DNA of 64,000 nucleotides. Origin: Candidatus Bipolaricaulota bacterium. GTDB lineage: Bacteria; Bipolaricaulota; Bipolaricaulia; UBA7950; UBA9294. Below the pieces are notes generated by a model that made no database searches, was not told the DNA's origin, and was given only the letters and a program-made list of their open reading frames with translations. Positions within the stretch are counted from its first letter, which is position 1; every line of letters begins with the position of its first letter. Of this stretch, positions 56,021 through 64,000 are shown piece after piece. A program made the position numbers and the translations under genes. The stretch is taken from assembly GCA_027007005.1 (NCBI GenBank), contig JALTFO010000065.1:1438-65437 (forward strand). Reading direction: 5' to 3'.

Positions 56021-56836
56021 ATGCCTGAACTACCCGATCTTGAAATTCTGAAAGAAGCCCTGCAATCGCGCATCTTGGCTCGGAAGATCCAAAGTGCGCG
56101 AGCACTGCGACCAGGAATCATGAAGACAACCAGCCCCTCCCTTGATGAACTGATCGGCAGGGCGTTCATCGGCGTCACCCGTCGCGGCAAGTATTTGATC
56201 TTCTCCTTGGGACCAGCGCTTCATCTAGTTGTCCACTTGATGCTTGCCGGGCGCTTTGTCCTCTGCAAGAGTGGGACTCAGATCACCAAAGCAACAGGTC
56301 TGCAGATCACATTCCCGGACGGTGAGGATCTGCGCCTCATCGAGAATGGTTCGATTAAGCTTGTCAAGGTCCATGTCGTGACCGATCCGCTGGAAGTCAG
56401 TGGGATTCCCTCTGCTGGGGTGGAGCCATTATCTCCAGAATTCACAGTGCAGGTACTGTCGAAGATGGCGCACGGGCGCAGGTGTCACGCAAAGAAGCTC
56501 CTCACCGATCAGCACGCAATAGCTGGTATTGGAAGCGCGTATGCCGACGAGATCTTGTTTGCGGCACGTATGTCTCCCGTGCGTTACGTCAACACGCTAT
56601 CGGGCGATGAACTAGAGCGCCTGCATGACTCCACCGTGAACGTATTGAGCGAAGCGATAAAGGAAATTAGAAGCCGCATCGGCGATAGTCTATTCACAGA
56701 TGACATTCGGGACTTCCTGAAGGTATACCGGCGCACCGGAGAGCCATGTCCGGTCTGTGGAGCGAAGATTGCCGAGATCCGCTACGCTAACACTCGCACC
56801 TACTATTGCCCGGTTTGCCAAGCTGGCGGGAAATAG
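56021..56836 (+). CDS. mutM: formamidopyrimidine-DNA glycosylase (Fpg/Nei family)
   Basis: The N-terminus is MPELPDLE (catalytic Pro2/Glu3), the H2TH region follows, and the C-terminal zinc finger is CPVCGAKI...YYCPVCQ. Confidence 0.85.
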   Translation: MPELPDLEILKEALQSRILARKIQSARALRPGIMKTTSPSLDELIGRAFIGVTRRGKYLIFSLGPALHLVVHLMLAGRFVLCKSGTQITKATGLQITFPDGEDLRLIENGSIKLVKVHVVTDPLEVSGIPSAGVEPLSPEFTVQVLSKMAHGRRCHAKKLLTDQHAIAGIGSAYADEILFAARMSPVRYVNTLSGDELERLHDSTVNVLSEAIKEIRSRIGDSLFTDDIRDFLKVYRRTGEPCPVCGAKIAEIRYANTRTYYCPVCQAGGK

Positions 56837-56875
56837 GTACCAGATAGGCGTTCCTGGCTCACAAGATGATATATC

Positions 56876-58057
56876 CTACAGCTTGGACAAGAAATTGACG
56901 ACAAGGTCAATCTCTTCTTCGGTGTTAAAGAAGTGAACCGACAGGCGCAGGCCGCCGCCACGAGGGTGGGCGACGATTCCCGCACTCTGCAGCTTCCCCT
57001 CCAATCGGCTTGCTTCCTTAGGCTTGGATAGGTTATAGGGAACGCCGACCGTGACGATCCCCGCCCTCTTCTCGGGTGCAGTGGGCGACAAGATCGTGAT
57101 TTTCGCCGCTCGCAGTCGCTCAATCAGGTAGTCAACCAGCTCCGTTATTCTTTCTTCGATCGCCTCACTACCCAGCTCCAGCATATATGAAAGTGACGCG
57201 GACAAACCCCTTACAGCGATAGGCGACATTCCCTCCGGTTGAAACCGTTGTGTCCCTTTGTGCAGGGGCGCCTCGTCCATCGCGTACGCCTCCCCGGAGA
57301 CGAGCGCATTCCACACGGCGTCGTGTGCATCAACCGTGATATCTCTGTAATCGATCGTCGCCGGGACGAGGCTCTCGGCAAGATCCTCTCGAATGTAGGC
57401 AAACCCCGACCCCAAAGGCCCACAGAGCCACTTGTATCCCCCCGCAGCCAGGACATCTATTTTCATCTCCCGAACGTCAACCGGGAGAACCGCAAGTGAC
57501 TGAACCGCATCAACGCAGATCAGTCCGCCCGCCTTGTGGATTGCTTCGGCAAGCGCCGGGATGTCGTTACGAAATCCTCTGGCGAACTCCACGTGACTGA
57601 CCGCAAGGACGCGCGTCTTCCTATCGATCGCCGCGGTCATCTCGGAGAACGGGAGCACCCCATTGTGTGAGCGAACGATGCGTACTTCCAGGCCGTGCTT
57701 ATGTGCCTGGTGAATCCATGGAAAAACATTCGCCGGGTACTCGAGATCGTTGATGACAATGTTGTCGTGCCGTTTCCACTTGATTCCTCCAGCGAGGAGA
57801 TTGATCCCCGCAGATGTACTCGGTGTGACAACGATCTCATCTGGGGAGGAGTTAATCATCTGTGAGGCAAACGAGCGCACCTCGGCAACCGGATCGGCCT
57901 CCCATGTCGCAGGAGCAAAGTCCACCCGCAGCTCCTTCGAGTAGCGTTGCATTGCCACCATAGCCGTGCGCGGAAGCGGTCCCACACTGGCCGACCCGAA
58001 GAAGACCATCTTGTGGAGAGCGGGAAAATCATTCCGAATGCGTTCAATGTTGTACAT
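56876..58057 (-). CDS. class-V PLP enzyme (cysteine desulfurase / selenocysteine-lyase-like)
   Basis: The motifs SHVEFARGF and AAGGYKWLCGPLGSGFAYI (PLP lysine) are present. CGGAGGAG lies upstream of the ATG at 58057. Confidence 0.8.
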   Translation of the reverse strand: MYNIERIRNDFPALHKMVFFGSASVGPLPRTAMVAMQRYSKELRVDFAPATWEADPVAEVRSFASQMINSSPDEIVVTPSTSAGINLLAGGIKWKRHDNIVINDLEYPANVFPWIHQAHKHGLEVRIVRSHNGVLPFSEMTAAIDRKTRVLAVSHVEFARGFRNDIPALAEAIHKAGGLICVDAVQSLAVLPVDVREMKIDVLAAGGYKWLCGPLGSGFAYIREDLAESLVPATIDYRDITVDAHDAVWNALVSGEAYAMDEAPLHKGTQRFQPEGMSPIAVRGLSASLSYMLELGSEAIEERITELVDYLIERLRAAKITILSPTAPEKRAGIVTVGVPYNLSKPKEASRLEGKLQSAGIVAHPRGGGLRLSVHFFNTEEEIDLVVNFLSKL

Positions 58058-58085
58058 ATGCTCCTCCGATAGTACTCTACTCCTT

Positions 58086-58421
58086 ATGAGCAAATTACGC
58101 AATGGAGGAAGCGCAAAACCCGGACTGTATGCGAAGATTTACGATGTCGTGCGCCAAATCCCAAGGGGAAGAGTGGCAACCTACGGACAAATCGCCTACA
58201 TCGTTGGAAGGCCCAACTATGCCCGGCAGGTAGGATGGGCACTGGCAGCATTGCACAACCATGTTGTCAATGAACCTGTTCCCTGGCAACGCGTGTTGAA
58301 TACCAAAGGCAAAGCACGCATGGGGCGCGAACAGATGGACTTGCTCCAAAGGGAAGGAGTCGTCTTCAGTGAGAACGGCCGCGTTGATCTTGACGCCTTT
58401 GGCTGGGATGGCCTTGTGTGA
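58086..58421 (+). CDS. alkyltransferase-like protein (MGMT-family DNA-binding domain without the catalytic Cys)
   Basis: The motifs IPRGRVATYGQIA and ARQVGWAL are present, and VPWQRV replaces the PCHRV active-site motif. Confidence 0.75.
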   Translation: MSKLRNGGSAKPGLYAKIYDVVRQIPRGRVATYGQIAYIVGRPNYARQVGWALAALHNHVVNEPVPWQRVLNTKGKARMGREQMDLLQREGVVFSENGRVDLDAFGWDGLV

Positions 58422-58481
58422 TCGTGTAGGCCATTGCACGACGGGAGAGATCCCTCTACACTACTCAAAGAAGGAGGGGTG

Positions 58482-59117
58482 ATGAAGAGAATTCTTGTCT
58501 TGTTGTTGATCACTGTCACCGGTCTTGTCGTTACCTCCTGTTTTGGGCCGGTCGTGCGGCCGACGGTCGACTTTACGTGGTGCCCCGATGGAGAGAGCGG
58601 AATCCTCAACTATCGCTTCTTCTCCCACTCGACGACCGTTCCCAACCACTACATCACAAGAGTTCAGTGGCAGTTTGGAGATGGGACTAGCAGCACCGAC
58701 TACTCCCCAAGCGTTCTTCATCGCTTCACAGAAGAGGGAACGTACTTCGTCACCCTCATTGCCACCGACGATCGCGGCGTATCGGGCACACTATCTAAGG
58801 AGGTGCACGTGCAACCGGCAGCGTTCATCCGTACTTGGAACCTCACGCTCGGGTTCCCGGTACAGGTGACAGGAGAGGTAGAGAACCGGTGTGATGAGAC
58901 TCTCCCCACGGTCATACTCAAGGCCAAGTTCTACGACGCCGATGGGTTGAGGCTCACCGATGGAACAGTGGTTATTAACGACCTGGAGCCGGGCGAGCGT
59001 GCGGCATTCAGTGTGAAGGCTAGCCAGTACTCAAGCAGGATCTTCTATGCCACTGTCGCAGTCGAATCGTTCACCGTTGACTGCCCGGAGATCTTCCAAC
59101 CTGTTCCCAAGAAGTGA
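58482..59117 (+). CDS. lipoprotein with a PKD-like domain and a C-terminal FxLYD-like domain
   Basis: The signal peptide has a lipobox-like LVVTSC. The PKD pattern is WQFGDGTSS...HRFTEEGTYFVTLIATDDRG. The C-terminal segment VTGEVENR...AKFYDADG resembles FxLYD. GAAGGAGGGG lies upstream. Confidence 0.6.
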   Translation: MKRILVLLLITVTGLVVTSCFGPVVRPTVDFTWCPDGESGILNYRFFSHSTTVPNHYITRVQWQFGDGTSSTDYSPSVLHRFTEEGTYFVTLIATDDRGVSGTLSKEVHVQPAAFIRTWNLTLGFPVQVTGEVENRCDETLPTVILKAKFYDADGLRLTDGTVVINDLEPGERAAFSVKASQYSSRIFYATVAVESFTVDCPEIFQPVPKK

Positions 59118-59118
59118 G

Positions 59119-60327
59119 ATGCGACTTATCGCTGATCTGCACATTCACTCACGGTTCAGCCGCGCCACCAGTCCGCAGATGGACCTGGAGACGCTGACTC
59201 GCTGGGCGAAAATCAAGGGAATCGGCCTTCTGGGGACCGGTGACTTCACTCATCCCCAGTGGTTGAAGGAGCTGAAGGATGGCCTTGTGGCCGACGGAAA
59301 CGGTCTCTTTCGTTACGGCGGCGTGCGCTTCATGCTCACCAGCGAGATTAGCCTCATTTGGAAGCAAGATGGAAAGGTACGCAAGGTGCACATTCTTGTT
59401 CTCGCTCCCTCGTTTGCTGCGGTGGAGCGGATCGACCGCGATCTAAGCCTGATCGGGAACCTCTCTTCCGATGGCCGCCCAATTCTCGGGATCTCCGCTC
59501 AGCACTTGGCAGAAGTGGTGTGGAACGCAGAAGAGAGCGCCGAGATCATCCCAGCGCACGTGTGGACGCCTTGGTTTTCCGTCTTTGGCTCGCGCTCTGG
59601 GTTCGATTCACTCGAAGAATGCTTTGGAAAGTACACGCACCGCATCTTCGCCATTGAGACGGGCTTATCAAGCGATCCGCCGATGAACTGGAGACTCTCC
59701 ATGCTTGATCACCTTACCCTGATCTCCAACTCCGATGCCCACTCCGCAAGCAAACTGGGGCGTGAGGCGACGCTATTCGACCTTCCTGATCCCAGTTATG
59801 GTAGCGTGATTGAAGCGATGAAGACAAGCGATCCAGCGCGCTTCCTGGGGACGATCGAGTTCTATCCGCAGGAGGGGAAGTACCACTACGATGGACACCG
59901 CAAGTGTGGCACCGTCCTCTCCCCTCGCGAAGCGATGAAGCTTAATAACATCTGCCCCGTGTGCGGCAAGCCCTTGACGGTTGGGGTGCTACACCGAGTG
60001 GTGGACCTCGCCGATCGCCAAGATGATGGTGCCGCGATTGTTCGTCCTCCTTATCACAGCCTCGTCCCGCTGGAGGAGATTATCTCGCAGGCCCTGGGAG
60101 TTGGAGTGAAAACAAAGACGGTTTCGCGGCAGTATGCGCGCATGATCGAGAAGTTTGGGGACGAATTTCGTATTCTGCTTGACCTTCCGCCAGAGGAGAT
60201 GGAGGGCTACGTCCCTGGGCGCATACTGCACGGCATCACGCACGTCAGATCGGGCAATGTGCAGATCACCCCCGGCTACGATGGAGTCTACGGAAAGGTG
60301 CATGTCCCACTTGACGGGGATCAGTGA
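59119..60327 (+). CDS. endonuclease Q-like PHP-domain nuclease
   Basis: The N-terminus ADLHIHSRFSRATS...GTGDFTHPQW and the zinc-ribbon CPVCGKPLTVGVLHRV match my recollection of EndoQ (about 420 aa). The start lies 1 nt after the upstream stop. Confidence 0.7.
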   Translation: MRLIADLHIHSRFSRATSPQMDLETLTRWAKIKGIGLLGTGDFTHPQWLKELKDGLVADGNGLFRYGGVRFMLTSEISLIWKQDGKVRKVHILVLAPSFAAVERIDRDLSLIGNLSSDGRPILGISAQHLAEVVWNAEESAEIIPAHVWTPWFSVFGSRSGFDSLEECFGKYTHRIFAIETGLSSDPPMNWRLSMLDHLTLISNSDAHSASKLGREATLFDLPDPSYGSVIEAMKTSDPARFLGTIEFYPQEGKYHYDGHRKCGTVLSPREAMKLNNICPVCGKPLTVGVLHRVVDLADRQDDGAAIVRPPYHSLVPLEEIISQALGVGVKTKTVSRQYARMIEKFGDEFRILLDLPPEEMEGYVPGRILHGITHVRSGNVQITPGYDGVYGKVHVPLDGDQ

Positions 60328-60362
60328 TCAAGCAGCTCGCACGCGATCAAGGCAAAGGATGA

Positions 60363-60510
60363 TTCACCACGAACAGCACAAAGGACACAAAGACTGGAGC
60401 ACGGCAGCAGCTTTCTTTAGCGTTGGATATTGCCTTCTTAGCCCGCGTTGCACGTTCCGCATTCATATGGATTTCCACTCTCTTGACTTCTTCGTGTCCT
60501 TCGTGGTGAA
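60363..60510. repeat. long imperfect inverted repeat (hairpin of about 148 nt) in a convergent intergenic region
   Basis: The left arm TTCACCACGA[acagcacaa]AGGACACaAAGA (60363-60393) is complementary to the right arm TCTTcGTGTCCT-TCGTGGTGAA (60489-60510). Confidence 0.45.
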
Positions 60511-60542
60511 ACAGCCTTGCACGTCTGTGAGAGTTTGGCAAG

Positions 60543-60918
60543 CTACGCTATATGCAGGATCTCCCTTGTCCGCTCCACCTGATCGACCGTCAGGACGACT
60601 TGGTTCTTCTCCACAGCGGCGTAGACGGAGAGAACATTGATCTTCTCCCTGCTCATCCTACCGAGCAGTGTCGCCAGTTCACCCGGACGATTTGTGAGGT
60701 CGAGGACCAACGCCTCGTTCTCCTCGAAGTCTATGTTTGCCTTCTGCAGGATCTTGCGCGTCTTCCCTGGGTTGTCCGTTACGAGGCAGATCACCCCTTC
60801 TTCCAGTACGGTTGATCCAGCGATCCCTTCGATGTTGACGTGTTCCTTCCCCAGAGCCTCGGCGATCTCCACCAGGCTCCCTGGGCAGTTTCCAATGGTG
60901 AACGAGAACTCTTTCACG
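60543..60918 (-). CDS. tandem ACT-domain protein
   Basis: Two ACT-like repeats are present (FTIGNCPGSLVEIAEALGKEHVNIEG and DLTNRPGELATLLGRMSREKINV). The GTG start is preceded by GGAGGTG at 7 nt. Confidence 0.7.
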
Positions 60919-61009
60919 AAAATCACCTCCACCGCTATCATAGCGCGACGCTTGACCTGCAAGCAAGTGCCGACCTTGCTTGTTTGCACCTACTCTTGCG
61001 GAGGCTCAC

Positions 61010-62020
61010 TCAGATGAAGGCTTGCTCAACCTGCACACGCAGTCCTTCTTTCGTCTTCTCCGACGTGAATGCTGCGTTAGCGCTGTTCAGTAAGATGTTC
61101 TTCACTTGCTCATGCGTCAGATTGAAAGCATCTATCATCCGTTCGAGTTCGTGGGTAACGTCAATCTGCGACATCAACCTGTTGTCGGTGTTTATCGTCA
61201 CTGGAATTCCTTCGTCGAGGTAGCGCTTGAACGGGTGCTCGCTGTAGGAGTTCATCACCCCGGAGATCTGCAGGTTGCTCGTCGGGCAGACCTCGAGTAA
61301 AATCTTCCTCTCCCGAACGATCTTCTCAGTCTCCGGGTCTTGATATAGGTAAACGCCGTGACCGATCCGCTCGGCTCCGAGGTCGATCGCCTCACGTATG
61401 TGAGCTGGGCAGCAGCCCTCGCCAGCGTGGATTGTGATGTGCAAGCCTGATCTCCTGGCGATCTCAATCGCCTGGTGATGCAGCCCCGGCGGAAATCCGT
61501 TCTCCGGCCCAGCGAGGTCGAACCCAATGACTCCCTTGTCGCGATATTTTGCCCCGAGCTCTGCCGTCTCGATCGAACGCTCAGGAGCTTCATGCTTCAA
61601 TCCACAGACGATTAGTGCGGTCTTGATTGCGTAATCTGCTTCGGCTCGACGCATCCCGGCAAGGACTGATTCGATCACCTGACTTGGAGATAGGCCTTGC
61701 TGCACATGAAGGAGAGGAGCGAAGCGGATCTCCATGTAGATCACGTTCTCTTGAGCGGCGTCCTCGCACAGCTCGTAGGCTGCCCTCTCCAGCGCGGCTT
61801 TGCTCTGCAGCACGGCACCGGTGATCTTGAACGCCCGCAGGTATTCCTCCAGCGTGCAGCGTTGCGGCGGAGTTAGCGCCTTGCGCAGATCAAGATCAGG
61901 CGAGAAGCGGCGCTTTTCTGGAAGAGCATCTGCAAGCTCAATGACAGTCTCCAATCGCATCGAGCCATCGAGGTGAACATGTAGATCGAACTTCGGTAGA
62001 TTGTGAACCCATCTAGTCAT
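61010..62020 (-). CDS. add: adenosine deaminase
   Basis: The motifs LPKFDLHVHLDGS, ITIHAGE and the C-terminal INTDN are present. AAGGAGAGGGG lies upstream of the ATG at 62020. Confidence 0.9.
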   Translation of the reverse strand: MTRWVHNLPKFDLHVHLDGSMRLETVIELADALPEKRRFSPDLDLRKALTPPQRCTLEEYLRAFKITGAVLQSKAALERAAYELCEDAAQENVIYMEIRFAPLLHVQQGLSPSQVIESVLAGMRRAEADYAIKTALIVCGLKHEAPERSIETAELGAKYRDKGVIGFDLAGPENGFPPGLHHQAIEIARRSGLHITIHAGEGCCPAHIREAIDLGAERIGHGVYLYQDPETEKIVRERKILLEVCPTSNLQISGVMNSYSEHPFKRYLDEGIPVTINTDNRLMSQIDVTHELERMIDAFNLTHEQVKNILLNSANAAFTSEKTKEGLRVQVEQAFI

Positions 62021-62200
62021 AGTGTCCCCTCTCCTTCGCTCTATTTCAGCGCTCTCCTTGCCGTTGTTTGGATGAAGGACAATCGTTTCTCTCGCCCGTT
62101 CGCTATCGCTCACTCAAGCCCGCAAAGATCGCCAAGAAGTGCTCCTTTTCTCCTCTCGCTTTCCTTTACGCGACATGGCTTTTCTCACATTGACTCCCAG

Positions 62201-62360
62201 ACGTGGCAGACAAGCTGCCTCGCTACACAAGCACAAAGCTTGCTGTTTTCTTCTTCTCTCACGACCCACCGCCGCAGACGAAGAGCTCAACATTGCACAA
62301 AAGGTGCAACGCTACACGAGATGCCCTTGCTTTCGTAGCGTGGTAGCTTGTCTACCACGT
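62201..62360. repeat. 160-bp inverted-repeat element (32-nt arms) in the add leader
   Basis: The arm at 62201-62232 (acgtggcagacaagctgcctcgctacacaagc) matches the reverse complement of 62329-62360 (acgtggtagacaagctaccacgctacgaaagc) at 27 of 32 positions. Each arm is itself a hairpin (GGCAG/CUGCC versus GGUAG/CUACC) with compensatory differences. Confidence 0.55.
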
Positions 62361-62390
62361 TTGATTCTTGCTCTCATCACTGATTGCCCA

Positions 62391-62693
62391 TCACGCGTTA
62401 CTGCTCTTCATTTTCGCTTTTGCCGATGCGACCTTCTTCTCGATCCCGTTTGTAACACCCTTTCGTTCGTCGATTCTGATCGATATCGAGATACGGTTTG
62501 CCTGTTCGAGCATCCGATCACGGCAAGCCTTGATCACTGCCATCACTTCATCCCAATCGCCCTCGATGTTCGTCCCCATGGCGTGATGTTCATAGGGAAG
62601 GTCGCTTGCCTCGATGATCTTGAACACCTCAGCGACGTAGGAGCTAACCGATTCACCCACATCGGTCGGGAAGATGGTGAAGTCAACGATCAT
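62391..62693 (-). CDS. MTH1187/YkoF-family (UPF0045) thiamine-binding-like protein
   Basis: The protein is about 100 aa and has the pattern VDFTIFP.DVGESVS.YVA...LPYE.HAMGT.IEG.WDEV typical of this family. Confidence 0.8.
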   Translation of the reverse strand: MIVDFTIFPTDVGESVSSYVAEVFKIIEASDLPYEHHAMGTNIEGDWDEVMAVIKACRDRMLEQANRISISIRIDERKGVTNGIEKKVASAKAKMKSSNA

Positions 62694-62750
62694 CGCAACC
62701 TTCTGGGAAAATGCGCATAAAGCCCACTCCAAATTGTCTTTGATTAGAAA

Positions 62751-63827
62751 CTAGAAACGAGTCCAAGTCATTGCCTTCAGTGCTACAGGGAATTCTCCAC
62801 TGCGGATTATCAAGGCCATCGTACTAGCGTCATCGATGCTTGACATCCTATTCAAGACAGCAGAGCTTTGTATCTGTTCCCAGCCCTTACTGGCTGCTAA
62901 CTTAAAGTCTTCGGTTACATACAAGACGGAATAAATTGTGTTGTCGACGGCGATTGCTATCCCATCTCCCACGTTCCAATGTTGTGCAAGGGTAGAAAAG
63001 CGAACTGCACCCGCCTTACTGAGGGCCAATCTTACAAGAGGAATGCCACCGTCGGAGCTGAACACGCTAGCGTTTGCTATGGAATCGTTAGTCAAGAAGG
63101 CTTTCGATTCCACTATACAAGGGATATGCTTTGAATCATATAAGACTTCCTGTGTAGATGATGTTGGCACAAGCATAGAGTTAGCAGCGGTACCTACCTT
63201 AATTAGCTTCAGAAACTCAACTCTTCCTCTAGATGCTAGGAGAACCCTAATGTTTCGCATCTGCTTGTCACTAAACTTCCCAAATACCTTCGCTTCTACC
63301 CGCTTGCTGTCAAGAGGAGCTACTTGCACATTGGGAATCCCGAAGCTGACGATACGCTCTTTCATCATGTCGGCAACCTGTGCTAGGGCTGTGCTTGATG
63401 CATCCTCTATCGTTTCAGAAACCAATCTGACGCCAGTGACTACCTTACTTCCAGCGACAACGGTGAGCTTGAGAGTGGTAACTGAGGACACTTTGCCACT
63501 CTTTCCCGTGATCTTGAGATCATACGTCCCGATAGGTGCATCGCTTGCCGCTGTCAAGGTGAGAACGGAGGGTGTATCAGTTACTTGGCTATAGGAAAAG
63601 TGGGCATCAATTGCCGTTGGCAGACCAGCGACTGAAAGAGCGATCTGCTTATTGAAACCGCCGGAACGAGATGCAGTCACGGAAACAGAACTACTCTCCC
63701 CCTGGTTGACAAATATCCCCCCCGATGATAGAGACAACGAGAAGCTGCCGTGTTCCTTGCCACAACTGAATAACAAAGGCAAAAGAGCTAACAATACAAT
63801 GATAACCCACACTCTCGTAGATGTCAT
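62751..63827 (-). CDS. lipoprotein of unknown function
   Basis: The signal peptide has the lipobox LLFSC. It is followed by an Ig-like Ser/Thr-rich segment and a segment resembling the SecD periplasmic head (see findings). Confidence 0.55.
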   Translation of the reverse strand: MTSTRVWVIIVLLALLPLLFSCGKEHGSFSLSLSSGGIFVNQGESSSVSVTASRSGGFNKQIALSVAGLPTAIDAHFSYSQVTDTPSVLTLTAASDAPIGTYDLKITGKSGKVSSVTTLKLTVVAGSKVVTGVRLVSETIEDASSTALAQVADMMKERIVSFGIPNVQVAPLDSKRVEAKVFGKFSDKQMRNIRVLLASRGRVEFLKLIKVGTAANSMLVPTSSTQEVLYDSKHIPCIVESKAFLTNDSIANASVFSSDGGIPLVRLALSKAGAVRFSTLAQHWNVGDGIAIAVDNTIYSVLYVTEDFKLAASKGWEQIQSSAVLNRMSSIDDASTMALIIRSGEFPVALKAMTWTRF

Positions 63828-63842
63828 GATGTGAATTGTATC

Positions 63843-64000
63843 TTATCTGCCAGATGAAGGCAAATCATACAACAGGTCCCAATTGGCTTGATCGCCGGCT
63901 CCCACAATCGTGATTGTGCGCGCTTGCGGATCGAGGGTGACGAATGCCCACGATGGATTGCTGTTGTGTTCGTCGGTCAGTTGGTCGAATTCGATGTAGT
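63843..64000 (-). CDS. 3' end of an unidentified ORF running off the window end
   Basis: The minus-strand frame is open from the window edge to TAA at 63845-63843 (...YIEFDQLTDEHNSNPSWAFVTLDPQARTITIVGAGDQANWDLLYDLPSSGR*). It is too short to identify. Confidence 0.3.
   Translation of the reverse strand, partial: YIEFDQLTDEHNSNPSWAFVTLDPQARTITIVGAGDQANWDLLYDLPSSGR

Noticed and set aside
60347-60541. A 64-aa minus-strand ORF (MPNSHRRARLFHHEGHEE...).
   Set aside because: It has no SD, and it is generated largely by the two arms of the long inverted repeat. It is more likely a by-product of the hairpin.
62021-62390. A purine (adenine/guanine) riboswitch upstream of add, and likewise upstream of the BMP importer.
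   Set aside because: I looked on the minus strand for the UAUA...GAUAUGG...CUACC...CCGUAAAU...GACUA core and found none of these elements.
1-64000. Mobile elements, prophage, defence systems (RM, TA, CRISPR-Cas, BREX-like PglZ) and rRNA.
   Set aside because: I recognised no transposase, integrase, recombinase, Cas, methyltransferase/restriction or toxin-antitoxin signatures. The AP-superfamily protein at 542-1795 has Phosphodiest-type rather than PglZ-type motifs and has no BREX neighbours.

Overview
This 64-kb segment looks like bacterial chromosome. I call about 65 protein-coding genes and one tRNA-Met(CAU). Genes are tightly packed, Shine-Dalgarno sites are strong GGAGG-type, and many stop/start codons overlap. 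I did not recognise any rRNA, CRISPR array, transposase, integrase or phage gene.

Gene content, left to right:
- 1-5958: housekeeping and miscellaneous genes (mnmA 5' part, cupin, AP-superfamily phosphodiesterase, HAD hydrolase, saccharopine-dehydrogenase-like, proC, macro domain).
- 6.1-13.0 kb, plus strand: an archaeal-type tungstate/molybdate importer wtpABC fused by overlapping codons to moaA-moaC-moaD-moaE-moeA-moaB/mog. A possible Moco-riboswitch-like leader precedes it.
- 13.2-35.0 kb, all minus strand: about 22 kb of nucleoside/nucleobase uptake and catabolism genes. These are a BMP-type ABC importer, two hydantoinase/dihydropyrimidinase paralogues, a LacI regulator, a sugar ABC importer, a PreA-like flavoprotein, a COG0402 amidohydrolase, a FAD-less [2Fe-2S]+molybdopterin hydroxylase (MOP/XdhD type), a class-III aminotransferase, ribokinase and adenine deaminase.
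- 35.6-40.8 kb: an orphan fold-type-II PLP enzyme, then a serC-like/serA/DUF1015 operon.
- 40.9-43.9 kb: a polar amino-acid ABC importer.
- 44.1-46.9 kb: a beta-barrel-like secreted protein, a sigma factor that stops before region 4.2, and a CPBP intramembrane protease.
- 47.0-53.3 kb: tRNA-Met, a degenerate RNase-H-like gene, dtd, rpmF, an ftsZ with a roughly 100-aa DnaA-domain-I-like N-terminal extension, a five-PAS histidine kinase and an OmpR-type regulator.
- 53.3-55.8 kb: a lamin-tail plus 7xPKD surface protein.
- 56.0-60.3 kb: a DNA-repair-flavoured group (fpg, ATL, endonuclease-Q-like).
- 60.5-64.0 kb: ACT protein, adenosine deaminase, MTH1187/YkoF-like protein, a lipoprotein and a partial ORF.

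The items most worth follow-up are:
- the translationally coupled Mo-hydroxylase/hydantoinase/amidohydrolase/PreA-like core;
- the ftsZ N-terminal fusion;
- the beta-barrel/truncated-sigma/CPBP triad;
- serC-serA-DUF1015;
- several structured non-coding regions (the 160-bp inverted-repeat element in the add leader, the long hairpin at 60.4 kb, and the 590-bp gap at 35 kb).

All functional calls come from motif recognition by eye. No database search was run.
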